Shown here: one piece after another, positions 1-16,581 of the stretch | How positions within the stretch are numbered: position 1 is the first letter of the stretch | How the letters are laid out: each line of letters begins with the position of its first letter | NCBI GenBank assembly: GCA_001929475.1 | Contig: LXFE01000211.1 | Location: 1 to 64,000 of the forward strand | DNA length: 64,000 nt | Reading direction: 5' to 3' | From: Neolecta irregularis DAH-3 | Lineage: Eukaryota | The notes under the pieces: generated by a model | Database searches by the model: none | What the model was told of the DNA's origin: nothing | The model's input: only the letters and a program-made list of their open reading frames with translations | Program-made: the position numbers and the translations under genes

Positions 1-2665
1 GACATCAAGGGCGCCAAAGCAAAAGACTCTACGAGCATAAGTAATATCCAATAAAAAGGGAGTACGCTAGAAACAACATGTCAGTTTATATGTAGATTTA
101 TACGTGGGAGGCTAGTGGAAGAATTGGATCTCCAGTCTTTTAAAGAAAATGTAATTAGTCTTGCCATGTATCAATGTTCCAAACCGCAAAAGAGATGTCA
201 AACCGTCCCCAAATATTTGAAAAGGGTCCGAGACATTTTTTCAGTGGAGTTCACTTTTGATTATCTCTGAGGAGGAGGGTATGGAGCAATAGTATTGTAA
301 CAATGAGATGTTTGAGTAAGCACGGCAATACCTTTGTAAGGTGAGACTGTAAGAACATAGGTTCTTACAAGGCATGTGGTGATGCTTAGGGTTAGTTGTG
401 TTCCCACACTTCTCATACCGAATTGACATTTGATCTCTATGGTGCTGCTTGTAGCATATATTTTACATATACCAGTTCTTGAGTTGTGTTCCAATGTGCT
501 CGAGTCATCTGGTTGGTTGAATGGCGGTTTAAAGAAATTACTGATATGGGATTGCAATTTTGTAAAATTTGGTGAGGGTCTGCAAAACGCGCCCTAAGCT
601 TTCTCTGAGAGTGCTTTTTCAAGATTAAAAAAATCGATAATATCGATTGTTTGTATATAGGACACCCAAAGAGGGCCACGCCTACGACCACTTCACGTAT
701 GTGTTATTCACAAAATGTAAAATACGCGAAACGTAAAGGGAAATATCCAGCGCCTGCATACCAACTCAAAGCTTTGCTAATGGGTACCCACCCAGGTGCC
801 TGTTATCTCGATATTCGAAGCACTGGCTCCTTATGGTGTCACGAGAGAAGCAGAAGAGACGAGAAGTAGAATATACTCCTAGTTCTATGGCATGGGATTG
901 GTTTGGTCTCATTCTTGCTTGTATCTCTTTAGCAGTATCCCAGAGGAAAAAGTCAATCAGGATAGCATTATTAATATACCCAAGCCTTACAATCTCCTGA
1001 CGAATCTTTTCAACACATCAAATTGATGTGCCGCAATGCTGGATCTCGTATGGATGACAAGACTCTATCACAATTTGGTTTTTGATCCGCTCTACAACTG
1101 AGGTGAACCGTGAATAACAAATACAATACAAGATGTGGAGTGTTCGAGCTACCCTATGGACTCACTGCCTCGACGTTAAGTACCCTACCGATAGTCTGCG
1201 ATCATTGTGATATGATCTATGTCACAGAAGGATCCATACGACTCGCCGTTGAAACAAGCCCATATATCTGCCTATTTGAGTGTGTTTACAAAATTTCAAT
1301 ACTAATAAGAATATTTACATGGATGAAATGCATGTCCGATTCTCAAACCCATATTCATCTCTAAAGCAAGGAAGCTCCTTCTCAAGGCTTTCGATGAATG
1401 ATATCGCAGACCCATTTGCTAATTTGAGAAAATTCACAAACAATCCATTGTATCTCTTTGGAATTAGCAATGGTAGTGAATCTTAGATCACACTATGACT
1501 GACCCAGCTTGCTGCAGGCATTCCACCTGTTCTTTCCTTCCAGTTAGTTAGGGCAACCATGGTTCTTACAGCATGGGAGTGGGCTCTGTTGAGTCTGTTC
1601 TAAATATTCTTTGCTTGCTGCATTTAACAGACAGACAATACAACGTGGCAATCGCCACTTGATATTCTCTCAGCTAATTCATTGAATACTAAGTCGGGTA
1701 TCATGGGAATCCTGTAGGCAAGTGCACTGGACGACGTAATTAAGGTGGTTTCTAAATTGGGTAAGGTGTGCTGTCCCTCTTAACCTCACAAGCTCACGCG
1801 TTTGGAATTCCTCGGCGATAATTTGCTGTGGAATTGATGCTCCCGGAATTTCCGATTAACATAAAGACAAGAGGCTGATGCCAAGGTTCAAGGGGGATTC
1901 CCTGGAAATCCCTGGCAAGGACGGGCAGGGATGCCAGTGCCCATGCTCCTGACCTGCAGCGTGCCTCGCATTGGACGAGGCCGTAGAGAAGCAGGGTGCC
2001 TCAAGGAGGCTGTCTCCCAAGGCGGGTTGCTCCTGCCTTAGGGGCAGATGTGCCACAGAGGAAGGGTGGAGCCCTCTGTGATGTGCACTGTTTGGACTGT
2101 GCCCGGGCCGCGTGGGTACAGAAGACCAGGCAGACGAGCTGCCAAGATTGGCGGGCGCTTGCCGATCATGGCGATCGCATCGTGAGCAGCGGCGTCGAAT
2201 GCCTCTGCCTGCCGCTGTCTCGCCAGCGGGCAAACAGCGCAAGGAGGCAAGGAGGCAGGCGCAAGGAGGCGATGGGGGCAGACGCAAGTTGCGGGATCTG
2301 CAGTGTGGCAGGAGCGGGAACAACGCAATCGATAAGCGCGATAGGCGCACCTGCCGCACCCCCTGCCCCTCCTGCTTTGCCCGCCCCGCAATTCGCACCA
2401 GACACCGCCCTCGCCGGCTTGTTGCAACCGCGGGTGCACCAGCAGCATTTCGCAGCTAAACCCTTTATTTCGCAGGCCTATCCGGGTGCCGGGCGGCCGG
2501 AGCTGGCCAGAGCCGCAGAGGAAATGCTGGTTTCGTCAGCGGCACTCCAAGAGAAGATCGGCCGTAACTGGACAGAAGCAAGACCCGGCGCCGGTCCCCG
2601 CCAATTATAAGACCACGTTGACGGCCCCCTCTGCCCCTCGCCCCTTTCGCGCCCATACTACTGAC

Positions 2666-3792
2666 ATGACCTCGGCGCCTGTTCTCGCCCCAGAAGACTT
2701 GCTCGACCAGTGGATCGATACCTTCTACTTTGTCTCCGTTGTCGGCGTCGGTGCATACGGCTATGTCTACCAGGTCTGGGACGAATTCACTCGCAGCCAG
2801 TACGCCATTAAGGTCCTTCTCGGAAACAACGGCGATCTCGAACTGCAGAAACGCGAATTGCAGCTGCACACTCTCGTTTCCAGGCATCGCAATATCGTCC
2901 CTCTCCACGGTTATTTCTGCAGATTCAGCTGCTATTTTCTCGTCATGGACTTCTTCACGGCCGGCGATCTCTTCAATGCCATCACTGTAGACGATCGCTA
3001 TAAGCAAGAGTACGAAGTCAAAACCGTCTTCTCGCAGATCCTCGATGCCGTCGAACACTGCCACCACAACGGCGTCTACCACCGCGACCTCAAGCCAGAA
3101 AACATTCTCATCAGTGAGAGCGGTCTTGATATCTACCTTGGCGATTTCGGTTTGGCCACACAAGAAAGCGAGGCTTCCGAGTACGGGTGTGGAAGTACAT
3201 TCTACATGTCTCCAGGTATGATCTCCCCTTCCTGTTCTTCGTTCCAACTATCAAAGAAGCTCTTAGTTCAAAGTGCCGACAGGGTTCACGATATTCTACC
3301 GCTGCTAACGATATTTGGTCTCTTGGTGTCATTCTCGTCAACATAGTCTGCGCCAGGAACCCCTGGAAATTAGCCTCCTTAGAAGACGACACTTACCTGG
3401 CTTATCGGCTAAAGGGCGCTAGACTTGAAGACTACCTCGAGATTTCGGAAGAACTCGGCGACATCCTCGATCAGGTTTTTGAACTGGATCCAAAAAAACG
3501 AATATCAATTCAAGAACTGAAAAGCAAGATCATGTCTTGTGAGTGCCTCAGAAATCACCTACACATACCAACATTACCCCTGAGAGCAATGGACATGCCA
3601 TCAACACCCGTCGCATCAAGCCCAGGCTGCCAAAGTCCAGAATTTTCAGTAGTATCCCTAAACACAATAATGTCCAACTGCAGTTCTGGCATTTTCACAA
3701 CTTTACAAACCGCTCCTACAAGTCCAGACCTACGCACAGACGTCTCTACAAACCTTATTTGCTCAAACAAAATACATTCATCAGTATTTTGA
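2666..3792 (+). CDS. ran1: Ran1/Pat1 (SKS1/VHS1)-family Ser/Thr protein kinase, 2 exons (intron 3216-3256)
   Basis: GVGAYGYV, YAIK, HRDLKPEN, DFGLAT, YGCGSTFYMSPE, NDIWSLGVIL and RNPWK motifs are typical of the Ran1/Pat1 subfamily; a GT-AG intron joins ORFs 2486-3346 and 3187-3792. Confidence 0.88.
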
Positions 3793-4007
3793 TTCCAGTT
3801 CATTGGAAAAAATTGGGTTGATTAGACTGGCGCTTCATGTTTATCATTTGTTCATCGTGTGAATAAGTTTCTTTGGGTAATGACAGGTGATCGGGACCGT
3901 TGTTTATAGGCTGTTTATAATGCATTGTATAAAGACTATACAAATATGTTCCCTCTCGCCTTTTGCGTTTATTTGCTCAATAAAGAGAAATTAATTCAAT
4001 TAATGGA

Positions 4008-6085
4008 TTATCCTTCGGCTTGTCCATCATTGCTTGCATTAGCTTTATGTTTGGGAATGAATGTGAATCCGTCAGGAGTCGGTCCAAGAAACATTTCACT
4101 GATTTTGACCCAATCAGCTGAATTTGTACTAGCTAGTAACTGTTCCATCTCATTTCGCGGACACCATCTCGAGACGCGGTCTTGTAGTCGAGGCGGTAGA
4201 ATTTCCAGTATTCCAACAGGAACGTATCGATGCAAGAAAGATTGAGCTTCGCAAATGAATCGACGAGTAGTGTTTAATCCATATTCGTCAGAGCCCCAAT
4301 ATTCAAGCCCATAGTTGCAGAACTTCTTCATCATTTCGAGACGTTCAGAAGATGTTTTATCTAGATGCTGTCGAGATTCAATCTCTTCGAAAATCCATCT
4401 GTCGTTAGTTTGGCTTGTCGCTAAATACTTGCGGTTTAATAAGAGCCCCTCTGGCAATCATTGTTGTATCTACTCCACAATGATCAATGGCATAATACCA
4501 GTCTTCATATGAATAGCAATCACCGTTTCCAATAAATGCCGTTCGTTGCCTTTGGCCAACTTCTTCTTCAATCCCTTTTTCCAGAAGATCATTTTCGATT
4601 TCCTGTTTAATATTTTTAACGATGGAAGCGCATTCAGAAATATAATTCCAATCAGCCGCTCGTGAATATCGTTGTTGCCTAGATCGTCCGTGCAGAGTGA
4701 TCGCACTGAGTTGGACATCTCTAACCAGTCTCGCGACGAGCTTGGATGCAGTTGGATGATTATCCTTTGTTCCCATTCGCAACTTTGCTGTGATAGGGGT
4801 TGTTCCCGAGACTACCGTCATTCCTCGAAGAAGCTTTATCAATCGTCCAGGAGCATCCAGAAGAGCAGATCCAGCACCAATTCGATAGATCAGATCAATC
4901 GGACACCCGCAATTGAGATCAATAAAGTCGATACTATCACAATAACTCGAAAGAATCTCCGTAGCTTTTGCCGCTTGCCATGGACGAGGTGCACTGATTT
5001 GTACACCAAAAAGACCCTGCCGTCCTGATCTTGAAGGTTCCCGTTCAGACGCATGTGCCCTTGGCAATGCCCATTCATTCATGTTTCCCTGTATAAGTGG
5101 CATCGAGACCCCCATTTCTGAAACAGTCACTTCGGCGCCAAAGTCTCGACATAACCGTCGAAACGGTATATTTCCAACCGTAGTCAACGGAGCAAGTAAT
5201 TTGGCACCGGACCAATCGATCTAAAATAAACACATAATTAAAAAACGACATCTACCTTACGTTTCTCGCCTGGTTTAATAACAGTGTCGACGTTCCCTGT
5301 TTTGTTATCTTCATTTCCTCCAGTCTCATCTACATTCATTTTATCATTCAGACTCTGAAGAAAACTTTTCGAAAGGGGAAGAGAAACTTGTTTTGTTCGA
5401 AGATCTTTCATAAAATCTTTCGAAACAGTATTAATCTCAGTCTTCGGATCTTTATCCTATTACCAATCAGTGATCCCTCGTCAAGATTATTAATAAATTA
5501 ATAATCTCTTTTTGCATACCATGGCAATGCCACGATGGCTTTTAAGCCATCTACATTTCCAACCACTTTTACAAAAACCAGTAGCTTGATAAACTGCACA
5601 TGTATCGCCAATATCAGGGGGTTTGCTGTCCAAATACTCTTGTAAATCGTGCGAAAATTTACATCTGATAAGGTAAACAGACCAAAGTGATATCTAGTAA
5701 TCGTACGTTTCTTGAAAGGGACATGGATTTCCAGTTCCATCGCTTCGGCTGACATGAGGGCATAATCTAATGGTCTCTTGAACTTTGTTCATATGTCGAG
5801 CCTTGTTCATGCCCCGTTTCCGTTTTGTTGAATTTTCAATTGTCGGAGGATTTGTGTCATCACCTCGAGAGTCCTTTTCTAGGTCAATTGAATTCTGAAC
5901 ATCGGTTTGTGATTCGAGAACGTCTTCACGCTTTGGTCCAATTTGTTCTGAGGGGGTTGTTGGAGTCGTCGCCAGAGTAAGGGCATATCTGTTATTAGAT
6001 GATATCCTTATATGTAGAGTGAGTACTCGGGCTTCACTGCGCAAAAACCTCGGGAGTCTCGCGGTTTGTTGAACGTTGCTGCCAT
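4008..6085 (-). CDS. DUS3: tRNA-dihydrouridine(47) synthase with CCCH zinc fingers, 6 exons
   Basis: First exon [25 protein letters not shown] region (LCPH..CPFQETCKFSHD); [58 protein letters not shown] and C-terminal FIPKHKANA. Confidence 0.93.
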
Positions 6086-6554
6086 TGGAAATGTTTTCGG
6101 TAGTGGTGAACCCGGTAAAAGTTCTCAACATGAACATTATACATAATTTTGGATTATCATTCTTTCGAATCAATGCACTAAGATAGGGCATCATACAAAC
6201 AACAGCAAGCCGTACAAATGAATGACAAAACTTTAGTGAAGGAATGTATGCGAAACTCAAAACACACCGTCTCCAAAAATTCCCGAGAGCATCCAGAGCA
6301 TCCAGAGCACAAAGAACAGCACCAACAAAAAAATGGAAAAGAAGGAAACGGAGCCGGAAAGAAAGGAAAAATAAAGAGGGGATGAAGACTCACCCGCCTT
6401 TTCCGCTTGCAAGCAATAAAGACTTCCCCAAGGAAACACAAAACTACAGCCATCCAACCGAATCCCAATATTAGAGAAAAAGAGAAACCCTCCAACAGAA
6501 CTACTATTTTATAATCCACCACTGCATCTTGCCGATTAGGGATACCGACTACGT

Positions 6555-8931
<2,377 letters not shown>

Positions 8932-10075
8932 GGTCGCGGGAATAACTACAAGATGTAACGAATGGGAAGCTGCGGAATTCGAAAGCGTGCGCAAAGAGCT
9001 GGGAGCGCTTTCTGTTTTCAAGCTGGAACCCCTGACCGCTGGTCTGTCTCTGTGCCCAAATACAGGCTAGCGCTGAATAGCGTTGCGCCAAAGATGAATT
9101 CCTTCAAAAGAGCAGTTTCGGGCAATTACAGCAATTGACAGGCAGCAGACATGCGCAGAGATGAAGAAGTAGAATGGAAACGAAAAGAGAGGAATAGACG
9201 AGGCGAGGAGTGCAGGAGAACAAAGTTTGGAGTTTTGCAACGCGTCGCGTCGCCAGGCGGGATGTCTCACGCTCACCTTGCCACTTTTTGCCTTTTAATC
9301 TCTCGTGTTTTGTTTCTTTTCACCCTTTTATTTGCTGTTTGACTCCAGGAAATAGAGCGCAGCAGCTTCGTCTTGCTCGAAGACATGCAGAGCTGGTAAA
9401 TATTCTTTTCGTCAAGCGTGCTGTAACATACGCCATGCGGTAGAGCAGGAGTGTATCCCATAGCACATCGTTTCCAAAGATGTCATTGCGGCAGATATAT
9501 GGAGAACGTGTTCAAACAACAGGACACGCATGCACAGTTCACTCGCATAATCCGCAATCAGTAGCAACATTTTTATCTCGTCGTAAAAATCAGTGAATCC
9601 CAAGAAGAAAGGTAGTAAATCCTACAAGTACCAGAGAGTTCCTGTGGTGCCCTAACGGCCACTGAGACTGGCACGTCGATGAAACTGAGCCAATCCAAGT
9701 AAGGCGGGTTTTATGAATCTATAGCCCCAAGGCTAACTACACTATTTGGAAAATACAAAGATATCATTTCAGTGGCCCGAACTGGAGTTTAAATGCTTGT
9801 CAAACCAATAATGCGTATCCTCGCTGCTCGAATAGTAATAAACATCTGCTGAGTGTGTATATTCATAGGTGCTTTCAAATCGAATTAGCCATGTGCTACT
9901 CCAGGTCAGAATGACGAGATATGTTCCAAAACACCCAAGCATTCCAAAAGCCAGACTAAGGACTATGGTCCGATGATTCAGAACATCATCCAGTCAAGTC
10001 GCTTATCTGCCGACCTCGGATCTCAATTAAGCATTATAGCCGTGTCATGTGCCACTCGTTCCTTGTCTCTCCATC

Positions 10076-12734
10076 ATGACTATAACTCAACCCGACGAAT
10101 CCCCTCCAGGACGTATTTTCAGCCATAATCTTGATTCGCCTTCACTGCCGAGTCAAAGAAACGAGGCAAGTATGAATCTAGACCACCCATTTTATGATTA
10201 CAACACTGAAAAGACGATGCATGAGGCATGGCGAACCTTGGCATATTTTTGGCTGATATTGCAGCTCGATTCAAAATATTGGGCACAGACACCAGGAGGA
10301 CGTCCTAGTGACTCTGCAGCTTTGCTGGGAAAGAGCACCGTTGACGCAGAACCCCAGATGCCCAATTTCAAAGATTTTAACCCTAATGTCTCGAATGCAC
10401 TTTATCATCGTAACTATCTATGCGACAATCGTAACTAATAACAGATGGTACTGTTATCACGGCAGAGCTAGAGGAAATATACACTAGTGTACAAAAATGT
10501 CTCGATTTGCGAAACAAATACATCCAAGTGTCACATCAACGACCTTTTGATAACCCAAAAGATGACATAGGGAACTGGAATATTTATCCGCCCCCTCCGG
10601 AACCCGCATGGAGACCCGATGGCAAGATTAAACATGAAAATTCATACAACTTGACAACAGAATTCAACATGGACGAGTGTGAAATTCCAGGAGAGTATGA
10701 GATGAAGGTTGTGCTTGAGAACGGAATCTACCAGGTTTATCTTGGTATGAAGCATACAAAAATCTAGCTAATATGCAGATGGCGAACCTATTGTTAAAGT
10801 TCCCACTATCAAGGAATATTATCTCGATCTCGATGAGATACAAGCTATCAGTTCTGATGGTCCAGCAAAAAGTTTTGCATTTCGACGATTGCAATACCTC
10901 GAGAGTCGTTGGAATTTATATATTTTGCTGAATGAATACCAAGAATTGGCTGATTCCAAGGTACTGTCTGTATTACGTTTTTTTAATATTTAGCGAGTAC
11001 CTCATCGTGATTTTTATAATGTTCGAAAGGTCGATACTCACGTCCATCATTCGGCATGCATGAACCAGAAACATCTCTTACGGTTCATTAAAAGTAAGCT
11101 GAAGAAACAGCCAGATGTATCTAAGTCAAACGTGGACATGACTGATGTTAGGAACTTGTCCTTCGAAGAGATGGGAAATATTTGACTCTGGCAGAGGTTT
11201 TCAAGTCTTTGAACTTGACAGCATATGATCTCAGCATTGATACCCTGGACATGCATGTGCGAACAATTATTAAACAATATCCTGACTTCGTAGGCTCATA
11301 AAGACTCGTTTCACCGCTTTGACAAGTTTAATCTCAAGTACAACCCTATTGGGGAATCCCGTCTTCGCACAATCTTTTTGAAGACTGATAATGATATTGA
11401 AGGAAGATATCTCGCAGAACTGACAAAAGGTGCAAGGTCTTCTTGGGACCATACTCATAGACAGAGGTCATCTCCGATGTGGAACAGAGCAAGTATCAAA
11501 TGGCGGAATACCGTATCTCAATCTACGGCCGTTCAAAGGGTGAATGGGACAAACTAGCCAGTTGGATCGTCGACAATAAGCTTTTCTCGCCAAATATACG
11601 ATGGCTCATTCAGATTCCTCGCTTATATAATCTGTATAAAGAGTCTGGCATTGTTGAAACGTTTGATGACATTATTAAGAGTAAGTCTCAGCTTATGGCT
11701 CACTCATAGTCTAACTGTCTAGATCTATTTCAACCTTTGTTCGAGGTCTCACAGGACCCATCGACGCACCCTAAACTCCATGTCTTTTTACAGCGAGTGA
11801 TCGGATTTGATTCCGTTGACGATGAATCAAAAGCCGAGAAACGACTATACAGAAAATTTCCAATTCCGAAAGAATGGAATACAACTCAGAACCCACCATA
11901 TTCCTACTGGATCTACTATTTGTTCGCAAATATGACCTCTTTGAATACTATTCGGAAGCAACGCGGATTCAATACATTTGTTCTGCGACCACATGCGGGG
12001 GAGGCTGGTGATACTGATCATTTGGCAGCAGCCTATCTAACATGTCATTCGATATCTCACGGCATCCTTCTTCGAAAAGTCCCATTTTTGCAATATTTGT
12101 TCTATCTGCAAGAAATTCCGATTGCAATGAGTCCGTTGAGCAATAACGCTCTCTTTCTTTCTTATGAACGAAATCCATTTCCAAGTTTCTTTAGAAGAGG
12201 ATTGAATGTTAGTCTTAGTACTGATGATCCGTTACAATTTGCATTCACCAAGGAACCTTTAATTGAGGAGTACAGCGTCGCTGCGCAGGTATTCATAACG
12301 TCGGGATATGTAGCTCACATTAGATTTACAAATTATCTGCTGTTGATATGTGTGAACTTGCCAAGAATTCGGTACTGCAATCGGGCTTCGAGGGTGCCAT
12401 GAAAGCTCGTTGGCTCGGCGATTCATTCGCCGAAAGAGGAGTGCGTGGCAACGATGTCCAAAAGACGAACATTCCCGACGTACGTATGAAATTCCGTTAT
12501 GATACATGGGTCGAAGAGATTGGAATGATTTTGAAATACGCTAATGGCGGCCGGAGCTTCGCGACTAGCATGGAAGCAAGCGTTATCGAGGATGCATCAG
12601 AAAGTCTCAGGGGATTGACTACCGCAATAGAGAATTGGAGCTTTCCTGGAATAAGCATTATTCACGAGCGTAGTTGCCGTCAACAAAAACTCACTGGCGA
12701 CAATGAGAGTGTTAGGTCGGGGCGAGAACCCTGA
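10076..12734 (+). CDS. AMD1: AMP deaminase, about 10 exons
   Basis: [73 protein letters not shown]. Confidence 0.96.
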
Positions 12735-12922
12735 TACAAGATTCGAATTGGATATAGAATTAGAGGAAGTTCTATATTTACAATTGGAAATAGAAATTAT
12801 TACATACTTCTTGTATGTTTTTAGTAATGATTATGTTTGTAAGTGGTACAGTCCCCAATCTTTTATTGTTCAATGGAGTCGGTTCGCCCTTCTTCTCACT
12901 CCAGCTTACATTTGAACACATC

Positions 12923-13618
12923 ATGGCTGGATATAGCCATTTTGGCCCTCCAGCCGACTATACATTGCCCTTAGCACTTCCATCACCATCTCCTTCTCAG
13001 CATAAAGTGTCTTTTGCAAATACTCTGCAAGTTCGAAGTGTCAGCCGATACATCTCAACTCTTCATGTAGAAAGTCAGATTCTTGCCAGGATGACAGAAC
13101 TCGAGCAACTTCTTGACAGATTAAACTGGAGATCACGCTCTGCTCAATCTACTGCTCCCTTTCAAGTACAGTGTCCAGCGGGTACATACCGTGGATCTGA
13201 ATATGAGTTTTGGGACCAATGGGAATTCTATCAACATGCTGCAAATGAGATTGATGAAATGGAACGGGAAACAGATATGGAATGGCTCGACTTGAGAGAA
13301 CGCCTAGAACGAGTGAGAAGTGGAGAAGAAGAAGTGGACGAAGATTTTTGGGAGTACTATCAAAATAACGGGGTATATGCGCCATATCCAGCGAAACAAT
13401 CAACTCCTTTTCTAGTCGATGCAAACTTGGGGATTATTGTCGACTTTCAGGGTGTCTTTGGAAATGCACAATGCATAGTCGAACAAGGTGGTCCATCTGC
13501 AGGGTATACTTATTCAACGGGTCACTTCATGAATGGGCCGTTGTCACCTATTGTAGCACCCAGTGAAAATTCAACACTTCAGCAATATCAATATGGTCAA
13601 ATAAGTCAAACTTACTGA
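12923..13618 (+). CDS. Hypothetical protein, single exon, about 231 aa
   Basis: Long open frame from ATG 12923 with protein-like composition (Pro-rich N-terminus, acidic helical core); no family recognised. Confidence 0.55.
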   Translation: MAGYSHFGPPADYTLPLALPSPSPSQHKVSFANTLQVRSVSRYISTLHVESQILARMTELEQLLDRLNWRSRSAQSTAPFQVQCPAGTYRGSEYEFWDQWEFYQHAANEIDEMERETDMEWLDLRERLERVRSGEEEVDEDFWEYYQNNGVYAPYPAKQSTPFLVDANLGIIVDFQGVFGNAQCIVEQGGPSAGYTYSTGHFMNGPLSPIVAPSENSTLQQYQYGQISQTY

Positions 13619-13801
13619 ATTGTCTGTTTCTGGTATCTAACTTGGGTTATCATTCAGATATTCTTTCTCGACGACTTCTAGGTTTTGTATGAAAAGATTC
13701 CAAAGTAATATCTTACCTCTCTTTCCATTGCATTGATTACTGATATTATGAGTTGCAATGCATTTTTTCTCTGTTGATTCGTAAGACGAGAATATCATTA
13801 A

Positions 13802-14194
13802 TCATTTCTTCATGAACGCTTCACTAAACCAATCCCGCAGCTGTAACTGAGCCATGTACTGTGAAACATCGTTCATATCGTCAGCTTTTCTCCAGCCGTT
13901 CACTGTAGTTGACGTATCTCCAATCGAGATTACTTTCACAAATTGCCAGCGTAACATCTAATAGTATTAGCAATGGCACAATTTCAGTAGTATGATTAAA
14001 ATTTTGAAAAAATAGACCTTAGTTCTTTTGATATATTCCTCGACGTTCGGTTTGTTCCCATTAATATAAATAAGACCCGGTTTTCTTGGCTTTAACAATC
14101 CCGCTACAGAAAGTTCCTGAACCCATGAACTGAGCGCAAGAAGCTTCTTTTTTGAATATATATGGTGGAAATAAATCAATGCATGATGAAACAT
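13802..14194 (-). CDS. Small DUF1115 (RWDD2/Prp3 C-terminal-like) domain protein, 2 exons
   Basis: LIYFHHIYSKKK...L.VAGLLKPRKPGLIYING...VEEYIKRTK|MLRWQ resembles the DUF1115 pattern (HHI..K / G...PG.I..EG / LRWQ); GT-AG intron, second exon ends WFSEAFMKK*. Confidence 0.7.
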
Positions 14195-14229
14195 GGCATA
14201 GGTGTACTTTTACTTAACGTCAACTCCTC

Positions 14230-16581
14230 ATGAGATGCACCTACCTTTTCCTTCTCCCACTTTTCGCACAATCCCTTGACCTTTCCCTACTGAAGTCGCA
14301 AACACAGGACCTCTTCTTTCACTCTTACGATTCTTACATCACCCATTCATATCCCAAAGATGAACTCAACCCTTTGACCTGTACCGGTCGTGGACCCAGT
14401 AGCAATGATGAGGATTACGCAACAAATGACGTGTGTGGTGACTACCTATTGACGTTGGTTGATGCATTGGATACATTAGCGGTACATGGATTGTCGGCAT
14501 TATGAGTCTGAAGTATAGATAATTGATCCTCCGCGCTTTCAAGAGGCTGTATACTTGGTCATTCGGGACCTCGATTTTGACAAGGACGTCAAAATACAGG
14601 TATTCGAGGGGACGATTCGGATCTTGGGTGGGTTGCTATCGGCGCATGCATATGCGAAAATTTTAATACCTGAGTATAAGGATGAGTTGATCATTCTTGC
14701 AATAGACTTTGCAGATCGTCTCTTGCCAGCATTTAATACACCCACAGGAATTCCGCACACTCGAGTCAATCTTAAATATGGTATGGCAAGGGTCGTGTTA
14801 AGCGAAACCTGTTCAGCGGCGGCTGGAAGTCTGATACTTGAGTTTGGCGAATTGAGCCGTGTTACAGGAAACCCCAAATATGAGGTTATCTGGTCTAGTT
14901 ATTTATCGCTTGACATCTAGAAACTAGCAAAAAAGGCGTTCTTTGCGATTTGGGACCGCAGGTCTGATATCAATTTGGTAGGAATTACAATCAATCCTCT
15001 GAACGGAGATTGGACAACAACTGCGACAGGCGTTGGTGCCGGAGTGGATTCGTTTTATGAGTATGCTTTGAAGGCATATATTGTGTTCGGTGATCCTGAC
15101 TACTATTCTGTTTGGACGATTTCTCTTCAATCGATACAGAAGCACATTATTGACCCTCAAATGGGATTCTATAAGTTCGTGGATGTCCGCAATGGGGAAT
15201 TGGCAACTGGTTTTATTGATAGTCTTTCAGCATTTTTCCCTGGCTTGCTTGTTCTGGATGGTCATATCAACCTAGCAGAACAAGGGTGGGAAGTATATGC
15301 TGCATTGTGGAAAAAATTCGGAGGCATACCTGAACGTTGGAATTTTGCAGACCGCAATATAGAACATTCGGGGTATCCACTTCGCCCGGAATTCATCGAG
15401 AGCACGTATTATCTTTACCAGGTATGACTTTCCATTTCTATGCTTATAGTAAGGCCACAAAAGATCCCAAATATTTGTATTTCGGTGAACGAATCTTGCA
15501 CGATTTAATAAATCGACGAGTAGAATGTGGAGTGGCGGGTGTCCAAGATCTTCTTAAAAACGAATTGGACGATCACATGGATTCCTACTTCCTTGGGGAG
15601 ACTTTGAAATATCTCTACCTCCTCTTTGATGCAGGTAAATGGACACAATTGACCTTGCTGAGATCAGAAAACCCCCTAAATAAAGATGATCGTGTAATTT
15701 TTACAACTGAAGGTCACCCCATTTGGCCTCGAAATAGTGATTATATTTCATATACTGTTTCCTGTCCTGTGTATAACAATCATCTTCGATATCCTCGTGA
15801 AGAAATGGTCTGGTACGTCATTGACGTTCCTCATGATTATATTCATGTTAATTCTGTATGCCCTGTCTTTCTCGACCAAGTAAGAATCAATCCAGCATAA
15901 ACAACTCTACATTAACTAATAAGGGTTTTCGTTTAACCTTTAGTGGGACCAAAGCTCCTGATAGTATTCAAACTAGAAATATAAAAGTTGTCATCGCTGC
16001 TTCTCTAGACGGTCAAACTATCGAGTTGAAGAATAGAAAGGGAAAATTGTATCTCACAAAAAGTATATCTTTGTTTCCTATTTCGACTGATAGCTTCAGT
16101 TGGAGACAATGTTGTTCCAAAAGATCACTCAGTATGGCTTCTACAAAGTCATTACTACCAGGAAAATATCCTCTCATTCAGTGAATCGAATTTTATCACG
16201 CTAACTGCAGAGAATATGTTCTACATCTGTACTGCATCAAGCACTCAGACCTTTCCAAGTGGCTCATTTCCTCTTCTGGTGTTCAATAACACAGCATGTT
16301 CGCCCCTTCCATACGACTTGATAAGGGATCATATTGTCGTCGTTAATCGGGGAGAATGCGATTTCTCTGTGAAGAGCAACAATGTCCTTGGTGCACGAAT
16401 GATTATTGTTACTGATCGAAATGATGTCTCGGGTAGAATAATTCCGCAGGTAGATCAAGGCAGGGTCCCATTAGTTCTATGCGGCGTTTTAGGGGATCTC
16501 GGCAATGTTATAGATATTGGTAGCAGGAAGAAAGCAATGTACGTAAAGGGACAGGAAGTTTGGAATCTGGTTGCCGAGTAA
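14230..16581 (+). CDS. MNL1: GH47 EDEM/Htm1-like alpha-1,2-mannosidase with C-terminal PA domain, about 8 exons
   Basis: Signal peptide; YPKDELNPLTC, LVDALDTLA, VFEGTIRILGGLLSAH, GVDSFYEY, YPLRPEFIESTY, ETLKYLYLLF, FTTEGHP; PA-like VVVNRGECDFSVK. Confidence 0.92.

Noticed and set aside
1-1850. Short ORFs in the first 1.8 kb
   Set aside because: No recognisable motifs and no consistent spliced model.
1856-2610. Overlapping 115-204 aa ORFs on both strands
   Set aside because: Expected by chance in GC-rich DNA; no domain signature.
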